Program-made: the position numbers and the translations under genes | From: an uncultured Candidatus Saccharibacteria bacterium | Lineage (GTDB): Bacteria; Patescibacteriota; UBA1384; JAMDBS01; CAYSHH01 | Direction of reading: 5' to 3' | DNA: 64,000 nucleotides | Assembly: GCA_964430945.1 (NCBI GenBank) | Contig: CAYSHH010000004.1 | Span: 334-64,333 of the forward strand | The notes under the pieces: generated by a model | The model's input: the letters and a program-made list of their open reading frames with translations, nothing else | The model's database searches: none | Told to the model about the DNA's origin: nothing | Shown here: positions 30,150 through 39,952 of the stretch, piece by piece | How positions within the stretch are numbered: position 1 is the first letter of the stretch | Layout: each line of letters starts with the position of its first letter

Positions 30150-30230
30150 ATGGAAATTGATAAAATAGTTTATCGTCTTTATGGTCTAAATTCAAATGAA
30201 TTTATTGTAATAGAAAATTCAATCAAATAA
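30150..30230 (+). pseudogene. C-terminal relic of a Type IIG (Eco57I-like) RM protein
   Basis: EIDKIVYRLYGLNSNEFIVIENSIK* matches the EID--VY-LYGL---EI--IE terminus of Type IIG enzymes. Confidence 0.65.
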
Positions 30231-30235
30231 TTATT

Positions 30236-30991
30236 ATGTCAGATTATTACAACCCTCAAAGAACAAGAAATTTGTATGATCCGAACTCTAGCAATCCATT
30301 TAAATTAAGTAGATCTAAACTAGAGCTATTTTTAAATTGTCCTCGTTGTTTTTATTTAGATAGAAGATTAGGAGTCAGACAACCTCCTGGATATCCTTTC
30401 GCATTGAATAGCGCAGTTGATCACTTGCTAAAAAAAGAATTTGATCTATATAGAAAAAATGGAGATACGCATCCGCTTATTGCTAAATACAAAGTAGATG
30501 CAAAGCCAGTAAATCACAAAATGCTCGATATTTGGCGAGAGAACTTTAAAGGTGTTCAATATCTGCATGAGCCGACTAATCTTTTAATTACAGGTGCAAT
30601 AGATGACCTATGGATTAATTCTAAGGGCGAATATATTGTCGTTGATTACAAGGCTACAAGCAAGGACGAAGATATTACTTCTCTAAATAAATCATGGCAT
30701 GACGGATATAAACGCCAAATGGAAATATATCAGTGGCTATTAAGAAAAAACGGTCTAAAAGTGTCTGATATTGGGTATTTTGTATATTGTAACGGTTGCA
30801 CAGATCGAGACATTTTTGATTGTAAATTAGATTTTAATTTAACTCTGATTGCACATAAAGGCAACGACTCATGCGTCGAAAAAGCAGTCATCGATGCTCA
30901 CAAATGTCTAAACAGAAACCAAATCCCTGAAGCATCACCTGATTGTGATTACTGTAGGTATGTCAGTGCAAGAAAGAAAATAAGTGCATAA
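30236..30991 (+). CDS. PD-(D/E)XK nuclease, Cas4/AddB-like with four Cys
   Basis: LSRS...CPRCFY, GAIDDL...VVDYK, QMEIY, C-terminal CDYC. Confidence 0.88.
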   Translation: MSDYYNPQRTRNLYDPNSSNPFKLSRSKLELFLNCPRCFYLDRRLGVRQPPGYPFALNSAVDHLLKKEFDLYRKNGDTHPLIAKYKVDAKPVNHKMLDIWRENFKGVQYLHEPTNLLITGAIDDLWINSKGEYIVVDYKATSKDEDITSLNKSWHDGYKRQMEIYQWLLRKNGLKVSDIGYFVYCNGCTDRDIFDCKLDFNLTLIAHKGNDSCVEKAVIDAHKCLNRNQIPEASPDCDYCRYVSARKKISA

Positions 30992-31009
30992 TAGCTTTTG
31001 GAAAGTATA

Positions 31010-32677
31010 ATGTATATAGAAAAAATTAAAATTTATAATTTTAAATGCTTCGAGGAATTTTCACTTAACTTAAAAGATGGTTTAAATATTCTTGTGGGCG
31101 ATAATGAGGCGGGTAAATCTACTATTTTAGAGGCAATACACCTGGCTCTGACTGGTTTATTGAATGGAAAATATTTAAAATTAGAGTTAACTCCAGATTT
31201 ATTTAACAATCAAACAAAAAGAAAATACATTAAGAGTTTACATAAAACTATTCTGCCAGAAGCAATTCCCGTACCCCCAGAAATAGTAATCGAATTATAT
31301 TTTAATGGATTTAAGCCAGAAGATGATTCATTAAAAGCATTATTTGAAGGTACAGGCAATACAGATAAAACAAAGTCTTGTGGTATTAAATTTAAAATTA
31401 ATTTTAATGAAACATATAGAGAATATTATGAAGAGCTAGTGAAGCAAGATGATGCAATACAATCAATACCAACAGAGTATTATGAATTTTCTTGGGCTTC
31501 TTTTGCTAGAGATGAAAAAGTAACTCCTTTTAATATCCCAATTAAATCTGCTCCTATAGATTCTTCAACCATAAGATATAAAAGCGGATCCGATGTTTAT
31601 ATATCTAGAATAGTTAGAGATCACTTAGAAAATGAAGACAAAATTAAGGTCGATCATGCTTATCGTAGGTTGAAGGATAAATTTATAGAAGATAGTTCAA
31701 TTAAAAACGTTAATGAAGTCATAAAGAAAGCTATAGACATATCTAGTAAAAAGGTGGAAATTTCCTTAGATTTATCGGTGAATGCCTGGGAAACTAGCCT
31801 TACAACTTATCTCGATGATGTGCCTTTTCATTATATTGGAAAGGGTGAACAATGTGTTGTTAAAACCAAATTAGCATTGAGTCATAAAAAATCACAAGAA
31901 GCTAATGTTCTATTAATTGAGGAATTGGAAAATCATTTATCATACACAAAACTTAACAGTCTTATTGGTGATATAAAGAAAAATAGTAAAAAGCAGATAA
32001 TAATTTCAACGCATAGTAGTTTTGTTGCCAATAAATTGGGTTTAGATCACATAATAATGATTAACGTAAAAGCTGATAGAAGCACTAGAGCAATAGCAAT
32101 GCTTAAAGATTTGTCAAATGACACCCAATTGTTTTTTGAAAAGTTATCTGGATACGATACACTCCGATTGATACTATGCAAAAAAGCAATACTTGTCGAA
32201 GGTGATTCTGATGAGTTAATTATTCAGCGTGCATATTTGGATAAATTCACTCGATTGCCAATTGAAAATCAAATAGATGTTATTTCTGTAGGAACAGCAT
32301 TTCTAAGATTTTTAGAAATAGCCGATAAATTAGACAAAAATACTTGTGTAGTAACAGACAATGATGGAGACTATAAAACTAAGATTGAAAATAAATATAG
32401 CAAATATAAAGATAGCGAGTGTATTAAAATTTGTTACGATAAAAATGATGACTTAAATACACTGGAACCTCAACTTGTTGAAGCAAATAGTGATAATCTC
32501 GATAATTTAAGAAAAGTATTAGATATTTTAGAAAAAAACTATCCAGGAAAGGACGATATTATTAAATACATGATAAATAATAAAACTAAGAGTGCTTTAA
32601 AAATATTCCAGTCCGAAGAATGTATTAACTATCCAGAATATATTTTAAATGCAATTAAGGGTGGCGATGATTCTTAA
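31010..32677 (+). CDS. gajA: OLD-family ATPase-TOPRIM nuclease (Gabija GajA-like)
   Basis: GDNEAGKST Walker A, LIEELENH Walker B, STHS, TOPRIM LVEGDSD and VTDNDGD. Confidence 0.88.
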   Translation: MYIEKIKIYNFKCFEEFSLNLKDGLNILVGDNEAGKSTILEAIHLALTGLLNGKYLKLELTPDLFNNQTKRKYIKSLHKTILPEAIPVPPEIVIELYFNGFKPEDDSLKALFEGTGNTDKTKSCGIKFKINFNETYREYYEELVKQDDAIQSIPTEYYEFSWASFARDEKVTPFNIPIKSAPIDSSTIRYKSGSDVYISRIVRDHLENEDKIKVDHAYRRLKDKFIEDSSIKNVNEVIKKAIDISSKKVEISLDLSVNAWETSLTTYLDDVPFHYIGKGEQCVVKTKLALSHKKSQEANVLLIEELENHLSYTKLNSLIGDIKKNSKKQIIISTHSSFVANKLGLDHIIMINVKADRSTRAIAMLKDLSNDTQLFFEKLSGYDTLRLILCKKAILVEGDSDELIIQRAYLDKFTRLPIENQIDVISVGTAFLRFLEIADKLDKNTCVVTDNDGDYKTKIENKYSKYKDSECIKICYDKNDDLNTLEPQLVEANSDNLDNLRKVLDILEKNYPGKDDIIKYMINNKTKSALKIFQSEECINYPEYILNAIKGGDDS

Positions 32678-33797
32678 GAATAAGTTAATCATTGCAGCTG
32701 CGGGATCGGGAAAAACTACCCATATCGTTGAGGATGCTCTCCAACAAGATAATAAAGTTCTTATAACAACTTTTACCGAAGCGAATAGAGATGAAATAGA
32801 AAGAAAAATATTAAAATATAAAAAATATATTCCTAAGAATATAACAATTCAAACATGGTTTTCGGTTTTATTGCAACATGGAGTAAGACCCTATCAAGAC
32901 AAAATGAACGACGCACTATACGATAAGAAAGTAGGATTTTATTTATGTGAAGGAAAATCAGGGCTAAAAGCTAAGAATAAGTCGGGTATACCAATTTACT
33001 GGGGAGAAAAAGATTTTTTTCATTTCTATTTTACTAAAGATTTAAAAATATATTCAGATAAGATATCTAAATTTGTTTATAACTGTAATAAAAAAACCAA
33101 TAATGAAGTTGTAAATAGGCTTACAAGAATATATCAAAATATTTATATAGATGAGATTCAAGACTTAGCTGGGTGGGATTTAGATTTAATAAAATTATTA
33201 TTAAAATCATCATCTCAGGTAGTTATGGTTGGAGATCCTAGACAAGCAACTTATACGACTAATGACTCCTCTCGATTTAAAAAGTATCGAGGTAGAATTG
33301 ATAATTTTATAATTAATGAATGTTCTAAAAATATCTGTGATATTGACTTAAAAACATTAAATAAATCTCATAGAAATTGTGAAAATATTTGCAAATTTTC
33401 TTCAAAATTATATCCCGAATATCAAGAGTGTGTTTCGTGTGGTTGTGATACTTGTAAAAAAGATAATCAGGGACATGAAGGAATATTTTTAGTTAGCCCG
33501 GATGACGTTTCAGATTATTGTAGTAAATACGAAAATATTAAAAAATTACGTTATAGTAAAGCTAAAAATACGGAAATTAATTTTGGAGCATCTAAAGGAT
33601 TGGGATTTGATAGAATAATTATTTTTCCAACTCAAAATATCCTAAAATATTTAAAATCCGGAAATATATCAGACATAGAGTCAATAAAAGCAAAATTTTA
33701 CGTTGCCTTGACGAGAGCAAGACATAGTGTTGCTATTGTTTGTAATTATAAAAAAGAAGATCAATATATTGAAGGAATTAATAAGTATTTAGAATAA
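32667..33797 (+). CDS. gajB: Compact UvrD-like helicase (Gabija GajB-like)
   Basis: AAAGSGKT, IDEIQD, VGDPRQ, SKGLGFD, FYVALTRAR; overlaps the gajA stop. Confidence 0.88.
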   Translation: MILKNKLIIAAAGSGKTTHIVEDALQQDNKVLITTFTEANRDEIERKILKYKKYIPKNITIQTWFSVLLQHGVRPYQDKMNDALYDKKVGFYLCEGKSGLKAKNKSGIPIYWGEKDFFHFYFTKDLKIYSDKISKFVYNCNKKTNNEVVNRLTRIYQNIYIDEIQDLAGWDLDLIKLLLKSSSQVVMVGDPRQATYTTNDSSRFKKYRGRIDNFIINECSKNICDIDLKTLNKSHRNCENICKFSSKLYPEYQECVSCGCDTCKKDNQGHEGIFLVSPDDVSDYCSKYENIKKLRYSKAKNTEINFGASKGLGFDRIIIFPTQNILKYLKSGNISDIESIKAKFYVALTRARHSVAIVCNYKKEDQYIEGINKYLE

Positions 33798-34023
33798 TAT
33801 TTATACTGGATAGTCTCCCTTCCACCTAGTCCTCTAAGTGTAAGAACAGGTCTAAAATTATTAACATAAAAAAATAACCATAATTGTAAAAACTATGAGC
33901 AAGACAAATTTACTTAACTATAAAAAAGTATAACGTAGTACATAATTTATATTATATATAGTGACTTTGGCAAAAATGTGCTAATGCAATAATTAAAGTT
34001 ATTTTTGATATAATTTAATTATA

Positions 34024-34611
34024 ATGAAAAAATATGACGCAGTACTTATACTAGGCAGGGGGATTGATGAGCATGGAAACATGCCAGAAGTTGCCTATGG
34101 TCAAGTTCGAAAAGCAGTCAAACTTTTTAAAAATGACCAAACCAAAAATCTCATTTTTTGTGGCAGATGGTCATATCATGACAAATACGATCACGTGGCA
34201 ACCGAAGCTGAAACCATGGCCAAATATGCGAGCGATCTTGGTGTACCAGATGAGTCAATTCACATCGAAGACAAGTCAGAGGCAACTGTTATAAATATCT
34301 GTAATGCCAAACGAGAATTTCTAAAACCAAAGGGTTGGAAAAACATTGCTTTTATCACTTTGTATCCACTCGTTCCAAGGATCAAGCTCAATGCCGAGTA
34401 TGTACTTGGAGATGAGTATACTTGTGACTACATCGATGCTGGTATAAGATATCCCAAAGACATAGAAGCTAAAAAACTTGCCTCCGAAACTCGCAAGATG
34501 AAAGGCGAAGCAGTAAGTTTTATAAAAACTTTTACCAAAGGTGACGACGAAGCAATCTATAAAGCCGCCACCCTCGAACTTGCCAAACGCAAACAAAAAA
34601 TTAATAAATAA
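34024..34611 (+). CDS. YdcF/ElyC (DUF218) family protein
   Basis: DAVLILG, IFCG, TEAETMA-YA--LGVP--I--E--S--T--N. Confidence 0.85.
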   Translation: MKKYDAVLILGRGIDEHGNMPEVAYGQVRKAVKLFKNDQTKNLIFCGRWSYHDKYDHVATEAETMAKYASDLGVPDESIHIEDKSEATVINICNAKREFLKPKGWKNIAFITLYPLVPRIKLNAEYVLGDEYTCDYIDAGIRYPKDIEAKKLASETRKMKGEAVSFIKTFTKGDDEAIYKAATLELAKRKQKINK

Positions 34612-34693
34612 TATTACTTAGTATTTTTATTATTATTTAATATGTTATTTTTTGTATGTTATAATTTTAATATACTAAATAAGGCAAGAAACC

Positions 34694-35101
34694 ATGTGGA
34701 AATGCAAAAAATGCAATCGTGAATTTCAAAAAGTAAATCAAATGCACTCATGTAGGTCTTTTGCACTCGTGGATCATTTTAAAAACAAAGAAAAAGCCAA
34801 GGAACTTTTTGAGTGTTTAAAGTCTAAAATTACAAAAGAAATCGGACCCGTGAAAATCGAATCTTTGCCATGCTGTATCCACTTTGTAAGCTCATACACT
34901 TTTGGCGCATGTTGGGCTATGAAAGATAAAATTCGAGTTGATTTTCGCCTTGAGCATCCGATTAAAACTGATAGACCTCACAAATTAAATAAAATCTCTG
35001 CAAATAGATATTTGTATTATTTTGATATCTCCGAAAAATCCGAAATTGATAGAGATCTTATCGGCTGGTTTCGTGATTCTTACAAACTTAAAAATAGTTA
35101 A
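34694..35101 (+). CDS. DUF5655-like protein with N-terminal zinc finger
   Basis: MWKCKKCNREF...HSC; C-terminal EID-DL--W---SY. Confidence 0.7.
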   Translation: MWKCKKCNREFQKVNQMHSCRSFALVDHFKNKEKAKELFECLKSKITKEIGPVKIESLPCCIHFVSSYTFGACWAMKDKIRVDFRLEHPIKTDRPHKLNKISANRYLYYFDISEKSEIDRDLIGWFRDSYKLKNS

Positions 35102-35159
35102 TTCACAATATTTAATCACCAATATTAATTAATTGTGTTATTTATAATGCAAGGAAGGG

Positions 35160-36779
35160 ATGAGAATCATGTCTCAAAAAACAAAACCGGATTTAACGCT
35201 TTTTAAAAATGCGACTATTTACATAGACGCAGACACAAAAGCAAAAAATCTCTTAGTGGAAAATGGCAAAGTCAAAGCATATGATGTTGACGAAAAAGAT
35301 TACAAAGACGCAAAAGTTATTGACTTGAAAGGCAAGTTTATTTATCCAGGTTTTTGCGATAGTCACGTGCATCTTGTTGAAGTCGGATCAATACTAGGCG
35401 CTGCTAATCTTTTTGGCTCAGTTACATCCGACCAAATTGCTAAAAAAATGGCACCAGTTGCCAAGAAAACTCCTAAGGGAAAACTTGTGGTCGGAAATGG
35501 TTTTTATCCAAAAGATTATACTGCTTGGTCACTCGAAGATTTGGCAAAAATTGACAAAGCTACTAAAGGACATCCTGCAGTAATGTTTGATCAGTTAGGT
35601 CACAATTGTATTGTCAATTCAGAGGGTATGAAAAAATGTGGAATTACCACTAAAACCCCAGTACCAATTGGTGGCAGAATGATTATTAAAGACGACAAGC
35701 CAAGCGGAATGTTTATGGAAACCGGAATGCTTTTAGTTGGAAATAAACTTTTAAGATTCTTAGATCCAAAAATTGCCAAAAAAGGCATCAAACAGCTTTT
35801 CGATCTTTGGGCATCAACTGGCTACACTGCAATAGTTGATCTCATGGGAGCTCCATTTGGCCGCATTATGAATCCAGAAATTTGTATGGAGCTGGAAAAA
35901 GAAGGAAAACTTCCTTTAAGAATTAATTATCGCTATACTTTTTATGATTTAAATGATATAGACAATGCTTTAAAATATAAAAATAAAAATACCGATATGG
36001 TTCGTTTCGCAGGACTTAAGCTTTTTGTAGATGGTGCGTATTCAGCTGGGGACGCTTGGACAACAAAGAAAAATTTGCAAGGAAACAATGGCCTTCACTG
36101 CGTTTATATTAATGATAAATTCGGAAAAATTTATAATATTTATAGAATCGTAGAAAAAGCCAATAAACTGAGTTTAAATGTTCATTATCATGTTCAAGGA
36201 GACAAGGCAATTGGTGTAGTACTTGATGCAATTGAAAAAGCCAAAAAGAAAACAGGAAAATTAAATAGTGTTCACACACTTATCCATCTAGCTTTTCCAA
36301 CAGATGCCCAGTTAAAACAAATTAAAAAATTAGCCCCGCATGTAAATACAACAACTCAGCCAGGATTTTGGGCAGTCGAGTCCGCATCAACTAGGTATTA
36401 TGGAGATAAGGCCAAAAAATGCTACCCAGCTAAAAAAATGATGGATATGGGCATCTCAACTGGTCTTTCAACTGACTTTAGTGTTTCACCTTTGAAGTTT
36501 GCTCCAGCTACTGAAGTAATGAGTATCGCACTAACTGGAGCAGGAGATCCTAAAAATCATCCACCATTGGTAATGAAAGATCTGATTAGAGGATTTGGAG
36601 AAGGAAGTGCTAACACAACAGGAATTGATGACGCTGGAAAACTAGAGTCAGGACGTTGGGCTGATTTTGTCGTTTATGACCAAGATTTATTTAGTGTACC
36701 GGTCAAGAAATTTACTGCCAAAAATCCAAAAGTATTAGCTACTTGGGTAGGGGGTAAAAAGGCTTTTGGAAAAGTGTAA
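35160..36779 (+). CDS. Amidohydrolase family 3 (YtcJ-like)
   Basis: PGFCDSHVH, KLFVDG, HVQGD, IHL, STD, GKLESG-WADFVV. Confidence 0.9.
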   Translation: MRIMSQKTKPDLTLFKNATIYIDADTKAKNLLVENGKVKAYDVDEKDYKDAKVIDLKGKFIYPGFCDSHVHLVEVGSILGAANLFGSVTSDQIAKKMAPVAKKTPKGKLVVGNGFYPKDYTAWSLEDLAKIDKATKGHPAVMFDQLGHNCIVNSEGMKKCGITTKTPVPIGGRMIIKDDKPSGMFMETGMLLVGNKLLRFLDPKIAKKGIKQLFDLWASTGYTAIVDLMGAPFGRIMNPEICMELEKEGKLPLRINYRYTFYDLNDIDNALKYKNKNTDMVRFAGLKLFVDGAYSAGDAWTTKKNLQGNNGLHCVYINDKFGKIYNIYRIVEKANKLSLNVHYHVQGDKAIGVVLDAIEKAKKKTGKLNSVHTLIHLAFPTDAQLKQIKKLAPHVNTTTQPGFWAVESASTRYYGDKAKKCYPAKKMMDMGISTGLSTDFSVSPLKFAPATEVMSIALTGAGDPKNHPPLVMKDLIRGFGEGSANTTGIDDAGKLESGRWADFVVYDQDLFSVPVKKFTAKNPKVLATWVGGKKAFGKV

Positions 36780-36940
36780 TAAAAAAGTGAATCTCCCGCA
36801 AGCTTACGCTCAGGGAATTAATTTATTTTTAAATGGGCTCCAACATAACCAATTTTACACTTCTAAGGAGTTGAAACCCACTTCGGGGACGTTTTTTTAT
36901 TTGTGATACAATATAATAAATTAAAATGTTTAGGAGGTAA

Positions 36941-37954
36941 ATGAAAAACAAAGTACTAATCTTTGCGTTGATAATCATCCTGATCGGTTTATGTGTTTAC
37001 CTTTTTATCAATTTTAAAAACAAAAAACAAAATCGAATGGGAATAACGAATACTGAAACAAATTCCAATCAAACAGTTGATAATCTAAAATTCGATAATC
37101 CTGATAGTAATAACGATATTTCCAATGATCCAGTCGGTCCATTTTATCATAAAGTTTATAAAGCACTATCCGCCGATGGTTTAGATTTCTCACAAAGCAA
37201 TGAATTGGTTTTGGATAAAGCTTCTGTTCCCGATGCCGTAGAATCAAGTGATGGCAATATTTATGTTTATGCAGTAGATGGTGCTGGACGTAGTAATTCT
37301 GGTGCCATGGTGGCCGTTTCAAACGATAATGGTAAAAGTTGGAAGCAGGGATCAGTACAGATCAAAAGTGATGATAATCATCAGATGTGCGCAGATCCAC
37401 AGGCAATTATCTTAGAAGACGGTTCAATTCGCTTATTCTATCTGGTCGTCACTGGCTTGCCAAATAAGAAAAATGGACAACAAATAAATAATAATCAAGG
37501 CACCTTTTCTATCAAAAGCGCAATTTCCAAAGATGGTATTAACTTCGTTGAAGAAAAAGGAGATAGATATCAATCGGTGGGCGAAATGATCACCGACCCT
37601 GATGTGATCAAAATTGATAATAAATGGTATATGTATTTATCTAAAGGTCCTGAACTGATCGTCACCTCATCGGACGATGGCGAAACATTTGAATTTTTGC
37701 AAAGCATACGTCAAAATGGCTCAGTATCCAAAACTGTACCACTAGGCAACAATCAATTCCGTCAGTATTTTTGTTCGAATGGAATCTCAAGTGCTATATC
37801 TACAGATGGACTCAATTGGACAGACGAATCTGGTATAAGGATTGAACAAGATTCAGGTGAAACAGTTTGTGACCCATCTCCAGTAAAAATCGATAGTGGT
37901 TGGCTGATGTTTTACAAAACAGCACCAGCTCAAAGAATGTCTCAACCACAATAA
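36941..37954 (+). CDS. Membrane-anchored beta-propeller protein (GH32/43-like fold, Asp-box repeats)
   Basis: Repeated S-DG--F/W and DP motifs; N-terminal TM; AGGAGG RBS. Confidence 0.7.
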   Translation: MKNKVLIFALIIILIGLCVYLFINFKNKKQNRMGITNTETNSNQTVDNLKFDNPDSNNDISNDPVGPFYHKVYKALSADGLDFSQSNELVLDKASVPDAVESSDGNIYVYAVDGAGRSNSGAMVAVSNDNGKSWKQGSVQIKSDDNHQMCADPQAIILEDGSIRLFYLVVTGLPNKKNGQQINNNQGTFSIKSAISKDGINFVEEKGDRYQSVGEMITDPDVIKIDNKWYMYLSKGPELIVTSSDDGETFEFLQSIRQNGSVSKTVPLGNNQFRQYFCSNGISSAISTDGLNWTDESGIRIEQDSGETVCDPSPVKIDSGWLMFYKTAPAQRMSQPQ

Positions 37955-37973
37955 ATATTAATAAAATATTTTA

Positions 37974-38006
37974 AATAAAAGCAGCTATTTCCTAGCTGCT
38001 TTTATT
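37974..38006. terminator. Bidirectional terminator
   Basis: AATAAAAGCAGCTA-tttcc-TAGCTGCTTTT between convergent genes. Confidence 0.8.
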
Positions 38007-38084
38007 ATTTGAATTTTGATCATAAATCAACTACTTCAGTTTCACTTTACTTGTTCCATCTGGAATATGTCTTTTTTTATTAAA

Positions 38085-39698
38085 TTATTCTTTTATTGTC
38101 TTAGGAATATCCCCTGTCGCCAAAAGTAAAAGTATCATTGTTGCGACTAATACCATGAAAGCCTTTTTGACCCCGTCAGCTCTACTTTTGGCATTGATAG
38201 AAACGATATCGGATTGTTGCTGACCAGTAATTTCCTTTTTGTCTAAATAATCTATCAATTGTTTATTGCTAATGAGTGGAATGGAATCGGCAGTTTGCGC
38301 TAGATGTTTTTCTGTCGCATCTGTTGCTGAATCCTTAATTATGTCTTTTTTATCAACATTGGTAATGCTCATGAGTAGCACTACTCCTAGAAGTGCAATC
38401 CCAAATGCTTGTCCCAAATTTCTCATTGTGCCTTGTACGCCACCAGATTGCTTGGCAAAATTAAGAGGAATTGCTGAGGTTACAATGACTCCGGACATTG
38501 AACCCAGTAAACCCAATCCAGAACCGAGAATAAATAACCCAACATAATATATCCATGAGATTGTACTAGTCCCCAAGCCATATGAAATCAATAAGGCGCC
38601 AATGGCATTAAAGACTAAACCAATTTGTATCAATCTTTGCGGATTTGGTTTTTTAAGAAGTGCGGGTGCGCCAATAGAAAAGATTATCATCCCAACTGCC
38701 AATATCATTCCTAGTAACCCTGAATGCACCGCATTGTAGCCTAAAGCAATTTGAAGATATGAAACATTAACAAAACCAACCCCGCCAGTTACAAAGAATA
38801 TTACAGCTGTAAAAATTAGACCTGCTCTGACTTGCTTAGATTTTAAAAATGTTGAAGGAAATAATACGATTTTTCTTGTCTTCTCCAATTGGGATTCCCA
38901 CCAAAAGAAAATAACCAAAACTAAAATTCCAATGCCAATTAATATCGGGCTTAACGAAATCCCAGCGAGTTGAAAGGTGTCAGTCATCGCTTTCCAAATA
39001 CCCCATGTACTAATATTTAAAAGTCCAAATGTAATCATAATCATGCTAAAAGCAAAAAACATTACTCCGATAAAATCAAATTTTGGTTTTGTTGTTTCGG
39101 CACTATCTTTTAGAATCCAAAACGAACCCACTAATAGTAATGCAAACAAGCCTGCAAGTAGTGCAAAAACTATTCTCCAGCCATAGTTATCAATTACATA
39201 ACCACCAGCAATCGGTCCAATTGCCGAAGCAATACCAGTTGAAGCAGCAATTGCACCAAATCCGATTGCTACTTCTTTTCCCTTAAAAGTTGCCGGTATA
39301 AGACCAAGTACTGCAGGAATGGCCAAACTTCCTCCAATACCAGCTAAAATTCTAGCGACATAAGTAAATATAAAAATATTCGGACTCAAAAAAGCGATGA
39401 TCTCGGCAATAGCAAAAGTTATTATGCCAATTTGAAGCAACTTTTTCCAACCAATAATTAGTCCAAGAAGTCCACCGGCAATCATGAATGACCCAGCAAC
39501 AAGTGGATAAATTGAATTTGCAAGTTGCACAGAATTAATAGTCGTATGAAAACTTTCAACCAATGACGAAACTGCATTGTTTAATATTCCATTGTCTGCC
39601 GAAATCACGATTTGAATCAAACAAAAAATAGCCAGCGAATACCATTTTAAACTAGAGTATCTATTTTGCTGGCTATCTGATTCTTTAGAATTCTGCAC
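38085..39698 (-). CDS. MFS transporter (14-TMS, DHA2-like)
   Basis: GLLG--IGWKK, ARILAGIG, GPIAGG---D--GWR, FDFIG; GTG start with AAGGAGG. Confidence 0.9.
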   Translation of the reverse strand: MQNSKESDSQQNRYSSLKWYSLAIFCLIQIVISADNGILNNAVSSLVESFHTTINSVQLANSIYPLVAGSFMIAGGLLGLIIGWKKLLQIGIITFAIAEIIAFLSPNIFIFTYVARILAGIGGSLAIPAVLGLIPATFKGKEVAIGFGAIAASTGIASAIGPIAGGYVIDNYGWRIVFALLAGLFALLLVGSFWILKDSAETTKPKFDFIGVMFFAFSMIMITFGLLNISTWGIWKAMTDTFQLAGISLSPILIGIGILVLVIFFWWESQLEKTRKIVLFPSTFLKSKQVRAGLIFTAVIFFVTGGVGFVNVSYLQIALGYNAVHSGLLGMILAVGMIIFSIGAPALLKKPNPQRLIQIGLVFNAIGALLISYGLGTSTISWIYYVGLFILGSGLGLLGSMSGVIVTSAIPLNFAKQSGGVQGTMRNLGQAFGIALLGVVLLMSITNVDKKDIIKDSATDATEKHLAQTADSIPLISNKQLIDYLDKKEITGQQQSDIVSINAKSRADGVKKAFMVLVATMILLLLATGDIPKTIKE

Positions 39699-39952
39699 CT
39701 TTCCCTCCTTTAATATTTGAGACGATTAATAAAAAAAATTATGTATTAGCTTGCCTATAACACTTATCTTCATTATAGGTATTTAATAATTAATTTGCAA
39801 AAATATAAAAATGAATATCAAATACTTAACGGCTTACTTATTGTTCAAACACTGGATGTGACAATATTTCGTAAATATCTTGTACTATAATCTACAAATC
39901 GGGTAAAATAAGGGGAGAAGAAACTCTGAAATAAATCGGATAAGTTTTTTTT

